Positions 27,454 through 36,444 of a stretch of DNA of 64,000 nt are shown here, piece after piece; the stretch's first letter is position 1, and each line of letters begins with the position of its first letter. Below the pieces are notes generated by a model that was not told the DNA's origin, did no database searches, and worked only from the letters and a program-made list of their open reading frames with translations. Both the position numbers and the translations under genes were made by a program. This stretch comes from an uncultured Eubacteriales bacterium (GTDB lineage: Bacteria > Acidobacteriota > Aminicenantia > Aminicenantales > Saccharicenantaceae): the NCBI GenBank assembly GCA_964523615.1, contig CAZFZU010000006.1, positions 3,761-67,760 of the forward strand, given 5' to 3'.

Positions 27454-27482
27454 ATTTTACCTCAATCCGGCCGTCCGGTCAA
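27454..27482 (-). promoter_or_regulatory. Promoter of the AlkP operon
   Basis: TTGACC-17 nt-TAAAAT. Confidence 0.75.
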
Positions 27483-27545
27483 CCGGTCCGGGTTGACTTT
27501 GCCGGGGCGGAGGGATTAAATGGGGGCTTCGAAAAGAGAGGCGAC

Positions 27546-28946
27546 ATGACAGGCAGGGACAGACTCCGCGACCGGTTGGTCCGGGAATACCGCAAGAAGA
27601 CGGCCCGCAGCCGGACGGTCTACCGCCGGGCCCAGAAGGTCATGATCGAGGGCGGCAGCCATTCCATCCGGCTCTGGCGCCCGTACCCGTTCTTCGCGGC
27701 CGGGGCCGAGGGGCCCTTCGTCCGCGACGTCGACGGCAACACCTACATCGACTACTGGCAGGGGCACTACGCCAACATCCTGGGCCACAATCCCGGCTTC
27801 GTCCGGCGGGGCATGGCCGCGAGCGTCGGCCGGGGCGCCCTCCACACGGGCTTCGAGGCCGGCCACCAGATCGAGCTGGCCGAGGCCCTCGTCCGGGCCG
27901 TCGGCGGCGGCGAGGGCAAGGTCCGCTTCACGACCTCCGGCACCCTGGCCACGATGTACGCCGTCATGCTGGCCCAGGGGCTGACCGGCCGCGACCTCGT
28001 GCTCAAGGTCGGCGGCGGCTGGCACGGGGCCTCGCCCTACCTTCTTAAAGGCGTCAAGTACCATCCGGGCTCGGGCTTCGAGGGCCCCGAATCGGCCGGC
28101 CTGCTCGACGACATCGTCCGGCGGACCCTGGTCACCCGGTTCGACGACGGCGACGACCTGGCCAGGATCATGGCCGCCCACGGCGACCGCATCGCCTGTT
28201 TCATCGTCGAGCCCTTCCTCGGGGTCGGCGGCTTCCTGGCGGCCTCCCGCGAATACCTGGCCCTGGCCCGCGAGCTGACGGCCCGCCACGGGGTCCTGCT
28301 CGTCTTCGACGAGATCATCTCCGGCTTCCGATTCGCCCCGGCCGGCGTCCAGACCCTCTACGGGATCCGGCCCGATCTGTCGACCTTCGGCAAGATCATC
28401 GGCGGCGGCCACGCCGTGGCCGCGGTCGTCGGACCGGCCCGGACGATGGAGGCCTGCGAGCGCGACCTCGGCGGCCGCGGCCGGGTCATGTTCGAAGGCG
28501 GCACCTTCTCGTCCCACTCCGAATACATGCGGGCCGGGTTGCTCATGCTCGGCCGCCTGGCCGCCCGGGCCGCGACGGTCTACCCGAAGCTGGCCCGCGC
28601 GGGCGAGACCCTGCGGCGGGGCATCGAGGAGGCCTTCGCCGCCGCCGGCCTGAGGGCCCGCTGCACGGGCGGCGGCAACGACGTCGTCCGCGGCAGCTCG
28701 ATGTTCATGGTCCATTTCCCGAAAGGGGAGGAAGGGCGCGTCGACCGGCCCGAGACCCTCCAGGACGCCGGGCGCATGGACCTCGCCCTGCGGGAGGACC
28801 TGCTCAAGCTGGCCCTGCTCGTCAACGGCGTCAACGTCGTCCACGGCGGCGGGGCGGTCTCCGCGGCCCACGGCCCGAAGGAGATCGCGGCGACCTTGGC
28901 CGCCTACGGCGAGGCGGCCCGGCTGATCGCGGACCATGGGGATTGA
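27546..28946 (+). CDS. Aminotransferase class III (glutamate-1-semialdehyde aminomutase-like)
   Basis: DVDGNTYIDY, FTTSGT, WHG, FDEIISGFR, TFGKIIGGG. Confidence 0.85.
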   Translation: MTGRDRLRDRLVREYRKKTARSRTVYRRAQKVMIEGGSHSIRLWRPYPFFAAGAEGPFVRDVDGNTYIDYWQGHYANILGHNPGFVRRGMAASVGRGALHTGFEAGHQIELAEALVRAVGGGEGKVRFTTSGTLATMYAVMLAQGLTGRDLVLKVGGGWHGASPYLLKGVKYHPGSGFEGPESAGLLDDIVRRTLVTRFDDGDDLARIMAAHGDRIACFIVEPFLGVGGFLAASREYLALARELTARHGVLLVFDEIISGFRFAPAGVQTLYGIRPDLSTFGKIIGGGHAVAAVVGPARTMEACERDLGGRGRVMFEGGTFSSHSEYMRAGLLMLGRLAARAATVYPKLARAGETLRRGIEEAFAAAGLRARCTGGGNDVVRGSSMFMVHFPKGEEGRVDRPETLQDAGRMDLALREDLLKLALLVNGVNVVHGGGAVSAAHGPKEIAATLAAYGEAARLIADHGD

Positions 28947-28964
28947 CGCCGCCGGCGCGGACGC

Positions 28965-31670
28965 CTATCCGCCGGTCACCGCGGTGAAAGCGTAGGCGCC
29001 GCTCTCGACCTCGAAGACGACGCTGCCGCCGTCGTCCCCGGCCGGCGAGACGCCGGGCACGCGGACGACCTCGTGGCCGGCCCGCCAGACCGTTTTCCCC
29101 GATTCGAGGACCCGGGCCCCCGGGCCCGGCAGGGGGACGTGGACCTCGGCCGTCGCCCCGGCGGGGATCCCGATCTCGAGAGCGAACGTCCCATCCGCCC
29201 TTCTCCAGGACGAGGAGACCTGGCCCGAGACGGTCTCGAGCCTGGCTTCGACGAACGTCAAGTCACCGAGGGGACGCGGCCGGACCCGGACCCTGGTCCA
29301 ACCCGGCAGGGCGGGGGACAGGCCGGCCAGGACGCGGTAGAACCAGGCGTCGATGCTGCCTAGCATGATGTGGTTCTGAGAGTTCATGGCGTGGCCGCCG
29401 AGCTTCTCCCAGCGCTCCCAGAGGGTCGTCGCGTCCTCGGCGACCATGTAGCCCCAACCCGGATAGCTTTTCCGGGTCGCCACCCGGAAGGCCGTCTCGC
29501 CGCGGCCGGCCTCGGTCAGGACGTCGAGCAGGTAGCGCGTGCCGAGGATGCCGGTGTCGAGGTGGAAATCCTGGAGGACCTCGACGCTGCGGAGCAGGGA
29601 GGCCAGGACCTTGTCCTTGCGGTCGGCGGGCACCATGTCGAGATAGAGGGGCAGGAGGTTGGCGGTCTGGTTGGGGTGGTTGTCGACCGGGCTGACCCGG
29701 ACCGCGGCGTATTGCGAGTCGCCGAGGTAGGTGTCGTTGAAAGCCGTCTTGACGGATTCGGCGAGCCGTTCGAACTCGCGGACCTCGTCCTCCCGGCCCA
29801 GGACGCCCGCCAGCCGGGCCATGACGAGGACGTCGTGGTAATAATACCAGGTCGAGGTCAGGTCGACCGGGGTCTTCTTGGGGACGACGCTCCCGGGCGG
29901 GCACCAGTCGCCGTACTTGCCCAGGGTCCGGACGATGCGGCGGTCCGTGTGGCGGCCGAGAAAGCCGACGTACCTCTTCAGGGCGGCGTAATGGGCCTCG
30001 ACGAAGCGGCGGTCTCCCGTGTGCCGCCAGAGGAGGTCGACGAGCGTGGCGTAGGCGGACGACCAGGCCGGGTCGGCCGGATAGAGCCGGGGGAGATAGG
30101 GCGGCACGACGTCGGGCAGGCTGCCGTCCTCCTTCTGGGCCAGGCGGATGTCGTCCAGGTACTTGGCGTAGAAGGCCGTCATGTCGAAATTGAAGACGGC
30201 CTCCTCGGCCGAGAGGTGGGCGTCGCCGAGCCAGCCGTGGCGCTCGTCGCGCTGGGGGCAGTCCGTGGGGATGCTCATGAGGTTCGAGAGCTGGCCGCGG
30301 ACGACGTTGTCGTGGATCCGCTCGATCAGGCCGTCGGAGCAGCGGAAACGGCCCGTCCGCCGGACGTCCGAGTGGACGAAGGCCGCCTCGAGGGCGTCCG
30401 GGCCGGGCGGGCCGGGGAAGCCCGTCATCTCGACGTAGCGGAAGCCGTGATAGGTGAACCGGGGCTCGAAGACCTCGGGCCCGCCGCCGCGGAGGACGTA
30501 GACGTCGGTGGCCTCGGCGTTCTCGTTCGGCCCGACGTTGAGCGTGCCGTCCTCGTGGAGGAGCTCGGCGTGGCGGAGGCGGACCTCGGCGCCCATCGGC
30601 CCCTCGACCTTCAACCGGACCCAGCCGGAGAAGTTCCGGCCGAAGTCGTAGATCAGGGCCCCGGAGGGCAAGCGTTCGACCGAACGCGGCCCGAAGCGTT
30701 CGACGACCCGGACGGGCGGCAGGGTCTGCGCGGCCAGGGGATAGCCGTCGACCTCGACGGCCTTGGCCCAGGCCCGGTCGTCGAAGCCCGGCCGGTCCCA
30801 GCCGTCGACGAGGATGCGGGCGTCGGTGCGCTCGCCGTAGTACAGGCCGTTCTCGGCCAGCGGCCCGGCGGAGGTCCTCCAGCTCTCGTCGGAAGCGACG
30901 ACGGACCGGGCCCCGCTCTCGTACTCGATCTCGATGCGGCAGGCCAGGCGGGGCCCGCCGTAGCCGTAGGCCTGGGTGTGCCGGCCGTTGCCGAGGATGA
31001 CCCCGACGGCGTTCCGGCCCCGCACCAGGGCCGTGACGTCGTGGACGGCGTAAAGGGCCTTCTTGCGGTAGTCCGTCCAGCCGGGGTCGAGGACGCTCGT
31101 CCCGGCCTTCCCGCCGTTCAGGCGCAGCTCGTAGTGGCCGAGCCCGCAGATGAAGACCAGGGCCAGGGCCACCCGTTCCTCGCAACCGAACTCTTTGCGC
31201 AGGTACACGGCGTGGGCCTGGGCGTCGTCGGCGCCCTGGTGGCCGAGCAGGAGCGTGCCCTTGGAGCGGAATTCGCGGACCTCGCGGGCGGCGATCCAGC
31301 GCGCCTTCCACTCGCGGGGATCGAGGAAGCCGGTGACGAAAGCGGCCGGCCCGCTCCAAGGGCTGGGGCGCCCCTCGCGGTCCCACCAGCGGACCTTCCA
31401 ATGATAGCGGGAGCAGCTCTGAAGCGGCTCGCCTCCGTAGGGGAGCCCGGGCGGCCCGCCGGCGGCCGGCCGCTGGTCCGAATCCCAGAGATCGCCGATG
31501 TCGCCGCGCAGCAGCTCGGCCGAGGAGGCGACCAGGACCTGCCAGAAAGCCGGACGGTCGCCCCGGACGGGGCTTTCGACCGTCCACGTCAGGCGCGGCG
31601 ACGCGGCGTCGACGCCCAGGGGCTCTTCGAGGTACTCGCAGCGGAGGTTCGCGGGCGGGCGCGGGGTCAT
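28965..31670 (-). CDS. Alpha-L-rhamnosidase (GH78), no signal peptide
   Basis: NLRCEYL, DFGRNFSGW, PTDCPQRDERHGWLGDA, TTLWERW, SQNHIM. Confidence 0.92.
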   Translation of the reverse strand: MTPRPPANLRCEYLEEPLGVDAASPRLTWTVESPVRGDRPAFWQVLVASSAELLRGDIGDLWDSDQRPAAGGPPGLPYGGEPLQSCSRYHWKVRWWDREGRPSPWSGPAAFVTGFLDPREWKARWIAAREVREFRSKGTLLLGHQGADDAQAHAVYLRKEFGCEERVALALVFICGLGHYELRLNGGKAGTSVLDPGWTDYRKKALYAVHDVTALVRGRNAVGVILGNGRHTQAYGYGGPRLACRIEIEYESGARSVVASDESWRTSAGPLAENGLYYGERTDARILVDGWDRPGFDDRAWAKAVEVDGYPLAAQTLPPVRVVERFGPRSVERLPSGALIYDFGRNFSGWVRLKVEGPMGAEVRLRHAELLHEDGTLNVGPNENAEATDVYVLRGGGPEVFEPRFTYHGFRYVEMTGFPGPPGPDALEAAFVHSDVRRTGRFRCSDGLIERIHDNVVRGQLSNLMSIPTDCPQRDERHGWLGDAHLSAEEAVFNFDMTAFYAKYLDDIRLAQKEDGSLPDVVPPYLPRLYPADPAWSSAYATLVDLLWRHTGDRRFVEAHYAALKRYVGFLGRHTDRRIVRTLGKYGDWCPPGSVVPKKTPVDLTSTWYYYHDVLVMARLAGVLGREDEVREFERLAESVKTAFNDTYLGDSQYAAVRVSPVDNHPNQTANLLPLYLDMVPADRKDKVLASLLRSVEVLQDFHLDTGILGTRYLLDVLTEAGRGETAFRVATRKSYPGWGYMVAEDATTLWERWEKLGGHAMNSQNHIMLGSIDAWFYRVLAGLSPALPGWTRVRVRPRPLGDLTFVEARLETVSGQVSSSWRRADGTFALEIGIPAGATAEVHVPLPGPGARVLESGKTVWRAGHEVVRVPGVSPAGDDGGSVVFEVESGAYAFTAVTGG

Positions 31671-31693
31671 GGCGGCATCCTTTTTCCGGCGGA

Positions 31694-33175
31694 TCAGGGG
31701 GCGGCTTCGGCCAGGAAGTAGTCGGCGACCTCGATGCCGTATTTGGCCGGGTCGAGGGCCGTGGCGATCGTCCGGGTGAAACGGCCGGTCGCGGGGTCCC
31801 GCTCGGTCAGATCGACGACCGGGCCGTCGACCTTGCGGCCGTCGGCGCCGGCGACGATCTTGACGGCCGGCCGCATGAGGAAGCGAGCTTCGGGATTGAC
31901 GTCGCGGACGAGGCCGATCTCGCCCGTCGTCAGGGCCACCAGCGTGCCGATGGGGAAGACCCCCATCATGTTGACGAAGGCCTTGAGGATGACGGGATTG
32001 AACTCCGTGCCGCTCTGGTCGAGCATGACGCTCAGGGCCTCGGCCCGGCTGAAGTCCTTGCTCCGGTAGACGCGCCTGGTGGTGATGGCGTCGAAGACGT
32101 CGACGACCTTGACGATCTTGCTGAACAGGTTGACGTCGTCCTTCTTGAAGTAGCGGGGATAGCCGCTGAGGTCCTCCTTGATGTGGTGCTCCAAGGCGAC
32201 GTGGATGGCCCGCAGGGGCAGCCGGCGGAACTCCTTGAGCAGGACGAGCTTCTCGGCCCCGTGGAAGGGATGCTTCTCCATGACCTCCCGTTCGGCGTCG
32301 GTCAGCCGGCCCGGCTTGTTGAGGATCTCGAGCGGGGTCCGGGTCTTGCCGAGGTCGTGGAAGAAGGCGGCCATGCCCAGGTCGACGAGCTCGGTCCGGC
32401 TCAGTCCCAGGCGGCGGCCGAGGGCCGTGGCCAGAAGGCAGACGTTGACGGAATGATTGAGGGTGTACTCGTCGTGGTTCTTGATGTTGGTCAGGCCCTG
32501 GATGAAGGCCTCGTCCTCGACGATGTGGTTGTAAATGGACTGCATGAGCCGGCGGGTCGTGCTGATCTTGATGGGCTCGTTGCGCTGGTCCCGGGCGAAG
32601 GATTCCTTGAGGTGGACGATGCTCAGGAAGAACATCCGGGCCGCGTTCTGGTGGAGGCCCTGGACGGCCTCCTCGGCCGTGATCTTCTCGAGGTCGACGT
32701 GGACGACGCCGGCCGCGTCGAGATCGGCCTCCAGCCGGGCGAAGCCGGCCTCGTCCTTCTTGTCGCGCTTGGCGAACAAGGACATGAAACGCAGGAGCTC
32801 GTCCCGGTCCAGGCCGGCCTTGAAGACCACGGCCTCGACGCCCCGGGTCCGGAACTCCTCGAGCACCGATTTGAAGATGCCGTAGGTGCCGACGCCGAAC
32901 TTGAGGCGCACGCCGTTGAGCATGAGCGCGCCGTGGCGGGAGCGGAGCTCGACGTCGCCCGCGTCGGCCAGGGCGGCGGCCAGGCTCTCGTGGAGCAGCC
33001 CCCCCTGGGTGACGAAAGCGTCGTTGGCGATGTCGTAGATCTTGGCGATCTTGTCGACGATATGGAAACGGATGAGCAGCTCGACCCCGCTCTTTTGGAA
33101 GGCCCGGGACTCCGGGGCGCGGGGAGCCGCCGGCCTGATCTCGGGCGCGGTCTTGACCGGGTCCTTCTCGTCCAT
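31694..33175 (-). CDS. HD-GYP domain protein (putative c-di-GMP phosphodiesterase)
   Basis: EYTLNHSVNV, HDLGK, HHIKEDLSGYP, VVDVFDAIT..R.YR. Confidence 0.9.
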   Translation of the reverse strand: MDEKDPVKTAPEIRPAAPRAPESRAFQKSGVELLIRFHIVDKIAKIYDIANDAFVTQGGLLHESLAAALADAGDVELRSRHGALMLNGVRLKFGVGTYGIFKSVLEEFRTRGVEAVVFKAGLDRDELLRFMSLFAKRDKKDEAGFARLEADLDAAGVVHVDLEKITAEEAVQGLHQNAARMFFLSIVHLKESFARDQRNEPIKISTTRRLMQSIYNHIVEDEAFIQGLTNIKNHDEYTLNHSVNVCLLATALGRRLGLSRTELVDLGMAAFFHDLGKTRTPLEILNKPGRLTDAEREVMEKHPFHGAEKLVLLKEFRRLPLRAIHVALEHHIKEDLSGYPRYFKKDDVNLFSKIVKVVDVFDAITTRRVYRSKDFSRAEALSVMLDQSGTEFNPVILKAFVNMMGVFPIGTLVALTTGEIGLVRDVNPEARFLMRPAVKIVAGADGRKVDGPVVDLTERDPATGRFTRTIATALDPAKYGIEVADYFLAEAAP

Positions 33176-33184
33176 GTCCGTTCC

Positions 33185-35047
33185 CTAGTCCTTGTCCGGG
33201 CCCGCCGTGGGCATGCGCGTCAGGGCCGCCGTGCAGGCCTCGCGGACGGCCCGGGTCCGGCCGATGGCGCCCTTCTGGAGGAGGCCCGAGGCCTCGGCGG
33301 TGGCCATGCTCTCCAGGCCGGCGACGGCGGCCAGGCGCATCTCGAGGGCCCTGCGCGATCCGAATAGGGGCGCTTTCTTCAAGATCCGGCCCAGGAAGGC
33401 CAGGGCCTCGGGGGACCGGGTCCGGCCGAGGAAGGCCAGGATGGCTGCCTTCTCTTTGAGGCTCTTGTCGCGGAATCCGGGGGCCGAGGCCTCGCGGACG
33501 ATCTGTTGGACGCGGGCCCCGCCCTCGCCGGGATCGAGCTTCATGGCCGCCTGGATGCGGACCTCCTCGTCGGGGTCCTTGAGGAAGCCGAGGAGGATGC
33601 GGTTGGCCATCTCGTCCCCGACCTGCCCGAGGACGTGGACGACCTCGAGCTTGATGTCGCGGTTCTGGAAGTTCAGGAAGGTCGACAGGTGGGGGAGGCC
33701 CTTGCGCTCGGGGAGCCGGGCCAGGATCCCGACCAGCTCGCGGGCCAGGTCGGGCCGGGCCGGGTCGGCCAAGGCCGCCAACAACCCGGGCTGGGAGGCG
33801 CCGGTCCGCTCGATGAAACCGAGGACCTTGTGCCGGGCCTCGCCGTCGGGGGCGATGTCGTGGAGCCCGGCGGCCAATCCCAGGGCCGGCGGGCCGAGGA
33901 GCCCGAAGAAACCGAGCAGCGACTCCCAGTCGAGGGCCTTCTTCTTCTCGAGGAGGGCCTTGACGGCTTCGACCGTCTTGGGGCTGACGACGCGGCGGAG
34001 GAAGGCGTCGAGCGGGGCCGTCTTGGCGGGATCGCCGGCCAGGTGCCGGCCGAGCTCCTGGACCTTCTGGATGATGAGGACCGGGACCTGGAAGTCGCCG
34101 CGCTGGAGCCGGTCGAAATTGTATTCGAGCAGGGCGTCGAGGCTGGCTTGGCGGCCGGCCTCGTCCTCCTCGAGATAGACGATCTCGACCATGAGGTTGA
34201 TGTACTCTTCCTCGGCCGAGATGGTCCGGTTCGCGCGGACCATCCGCTCGAGGGACTGGAGCTCGGCCTCGGTCAGGGTGGGATCCATGCCCGCGGCCGG
34301 GCTCCTCTCGCCCGCCGTCCGCTCCTGGTCCGCGGCCTCCACAGGAACGGGGGCCGGATCCGGGCCGGCGCCGTCCGCCCGTTCGGCGGCCCGGCGGACC
34401 TCCTCGCGGTCGGGGCCGTCGAGCTCGATGCGGCCCTGGACGAGCTTGGACGCGTCGACCCGGACCTCGATCCTTTCCCCGGCCAGGTCCTCGGGCAGGC
34501 CGGGGACGTCCTGGCGACGGATGTCCTCGCCGCGCCGCTCGGCCAGGATGCGGCTCTCGAGGTATTCGTCGGGCGCGTAATACTGGATGTTGGGGAAGTC
34601 GCGCTCCCAGAGGGCGGCCACGATGTCGCAGTCCTCGGCCGGCTTCTGGGCCTCGGCCTTGACCAGCTCGAGGAACTCCAGGACCTCCGGGCGGTCCAGG
34701 CCTTCGTAGAAATAGAGGATGTGCAGCCCGTCCTTGAAGAAGAAGAACGGCAGGCTCTTGATGGCCACCTCGTCGGAATAGACCGGCTTGCCCTCGTAGA
34801 CGAACGAGAACTCCTCGATGGCGACCTGGAGCTTCTGGTGGGCGGCCAGGAAAGCCGTGAATTTAGCCGTGAGCTGGTCGACGAAGTTGAGGACCGTGGC
34901 GTGGTCGGTCGGGAAGATCTTCATGGCCGAGACGGTGTTGGCCAGGTAATGAAGGAGGTCCTTGACCCTCTCGGTGCGGGCGGGGTCGGACGGCGGTTCG
35001 ACGGACGTCTCGGCGGCTCGGGGCGTCGGATCCTGAGGACTGGTCAT
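33185..35047 (-). CDS. HEAT-repeat protein
   Basis: C-terminal repeats (DIKLEVVHVLG, DPDEEVRIQAA, EMRLAAVAGL, AVREAC); coupled to the HD-GYP gene. Confidence 0.8.
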   Translation of the reverse strand: MTSPQDPTPRAAETSVEPPSDPARTERVKDLLHYLANTVSAMKIFPTDHATVLNFVDQLTAKFTAFLAAHQKLQVAIEEFSFVYEGKPVYSDEVAIKSLPFFFFKDGLHILYFYEGLDRPEVLEFLELVKAEAQKPAEDCDIVAALWERDFPNIQYYAPDEYLESRILAERRGEDIRRQDVPGLPEDLAGERIEVRVDASKLVQGRIELDGPDREEVRRAAERADGAGPDPAPVPVEAADQERTAGERSPAAGMDPTLTEAELQSLERMVRANRTISAEEEYINLMVEIVYLEEDEAGRQASLDALLEYNFDRLQRGDFQVPVLIIQKVQELGRHLAGDPAKTAPLDAFLRRVVSPKTVEAVKALLEKKKALDWESLLGFFGLLGPPALGLAAGLHDIAPDGEARHKVLGFIERTGASQPGLLAALADPARPDLARELVGILARLPERKGLPHLSTFLNFQNRDIKLEVVHVLGQVGDEMANRILLGFLKDPDEEVRIQAAMKLDPGEGGARVQQIVREASAPGFRDKSLKEKAAILAFLGRTRSPEALAFLGRILKKAPLFGSRRALEMRLAAVAGLESMATAEASGLLQKGAIGRTRAVREACTAALTRMPTAGPDKD

Positions 35048-35094
35048 GAGCGGCCACCACTCAGTTTAGTCAAAAAGCGGGTCCCGTCAACGGA

Positions 35095-35119
35095 AAAATC
35101 GGGCCGCCGCGAGGCGGCC
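35095..35119 (-). terminator. Probable weak intrinsic terminator after rhaA
   Basis: GGCCGCC/GGCGGCC stem, 4-nt loop, short T run 3 nt downstream on the minus strand. Confidence 0.45.
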
Positions 35120-35121
35120 TG

Positions 35122-36387
35122 TCAGCGGCGGCTGAGGACGCGGCGCTCGTAGGCCTCGACCTCGCGGAGCCATTCGTCGGCCGGCGGCACTCCGGACTTC
35201 AGGCAATGGTAGTCCCAGACGGCACCGTAGGGCAGCGCTTTGAGCTCCTCGAAGAGGACCAGCCGGTCGAGGGCCTTGGCCGGCGGGTCGAGCTCCTTGA
35301 CCCGGTCGTGCGGTTCGAGCAGGGCCAGCAGCAGGGCTTTGAGGAAGGACCGCGCTCCCAGGACCCAGGCCCCGATGCGGTTGACGCTGGCGTCGAAATA
35401 GTCCAGGGCGACATGGATGCGCTCCAGGGCGCCGCTGCGGACGATCTCGGCGGCCAGCTCGCGGACCTCGTCGGTGAGCAGGACGATGTGGTCGCTGTCC
35501 CAGCGGACGCCCCGGCTGACGTGGAGCAGGAGCTCGCCGGTGAAAGGCAGGAGGGCGGAGATCTTGTCGGCCACGGATTCGGTCGGGTGGAAGTGGCCGA
35601 GGTCGAGGCAGACCATCTTCTGCCGGGTCAGGGCGTAGCCCAGGTAGAACTCGTGCGAGCCGACGACGAAGGATTCGCTGCCGATGCCGAAGAGCTTGCT
35701 CTCGAGCGAGTCCTTGATCTGCTGGGGGCTGTATTCGACCTCGTAGATCTCGTCGAGGGAGCGCCGCAGGGCCGCCCTGGCGCCGGTCCGGTCGGCCGGG
35801 ACGTCCTTCGAGCCGTCGGGGATCCACAGGTTGTGGAGGCAGGCCGCCTGTTGCTCGCGGCCGATGGAGGCGGCGATCTTGCGGCAGCACCTGACGTGCT
35901 CGACCCAGAACTTGCGGGTCCCGTTCTCGCGGCTGCTCAAGGTGAAGCCGGAAGCGGCCTTGGGATGGGCGAAGCAGGTGGGGTTGAAGTCGATCTTGAG
36001 GCCCTGGCGGCGGGCCCATTCGGTCCAGCCGCGGAAGTGCTCGGGCTCCAGGGCGTTGCGGTCGACCGGCCGGCCGTTGAGCTCGGCGTACATGGCGTGG
36101 AGGTTGACCCGGTGACGGCCGGGGATGAGGGCCAGGGCCTGCTGGATGTCGGCCCTGAGCTCGTCGGCCGTCCGGGCCCGCCCGGGGTGCCCGCCGGTGA
36201 CCTGGAGCCCGCTGCCGTCGAGCCCGCCCGGCTGGGGCTCGAAGCCGCGGACGTCGTCGCCCTGCCAGCAATGGAGGGACAGGGCGAACCCCCGCAGGCG
36301 CTCCAGGGCCTTGTCCGTGTCGACGCCCCGCTCGGCATACTTGTCGCGCGAGGACAGATAGGCTTTTTCGATGGCCGTCGGATCCAT
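35122..36387 (-). CDS. rhaA: L-rhamnose isomerase
   Basis: Start at ATG 36387; SLHCWQGDDV, NLHAMY, DFNPT, NLWIPDG, ESKLFGIGSE, DLGHFHP, VRWDSDH. Confidence 0.95.
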   Translation of the reverse strand: MDPTAIEKAYLSSRDKYAERGVDTDKALERLRGFALSLHCWQGDDVRGFEPQPGGLDGSGLQVTGGHPGRARTADELRADIQQALALIPGRHRVNLHAMYAELNGRPVDRNALEPEHFRGWTEWARRQGLKIDFNPTCFAHPKAASGFTLSSRENGTRKFWVEHVRCCRKIAASIGREQQAACLHNLWIPDGSKDVPADRTGARAALRRSLDEIYEVEYSPQQIKDSLESKLFGIGSESFVVGSHEFYLGYALTRQKMVCLDLGHFHPTESVADKISALLPFTGELLLHVSRGVRWDSDHIVLLTDEVRELAAEIVRSGALERIHVALDYFDASVNRIGAWVLGARSFLKALLLALLEPHDRVKELDPPAKALDRLVLFEELKALPYGAVWDYHCLKSGVPPADEWLREVEAYERRVLSRR

Positions 36388-36415
36388 CCTCAACCCTCCC
36401 CGAAGGAACGCCATG

Positions 36416-36444
36416 GTTATAAGCCTCCTCGCTCCCGTTGTCAA
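36416..36444 (-). promoter_or_regulatory. Promoter for rhaA
   Basis: TTGACA-17 nt-TATAAC; the -35 overlaps the rhaB stop. Confidence 0.7.

Noticed and set aside
27546-28946. Calling the class III aminotransferase hemL
   Set aside because: GSA-like motifs are present, but there are no hem neighbours and the family includes many non-HemL paralogs.
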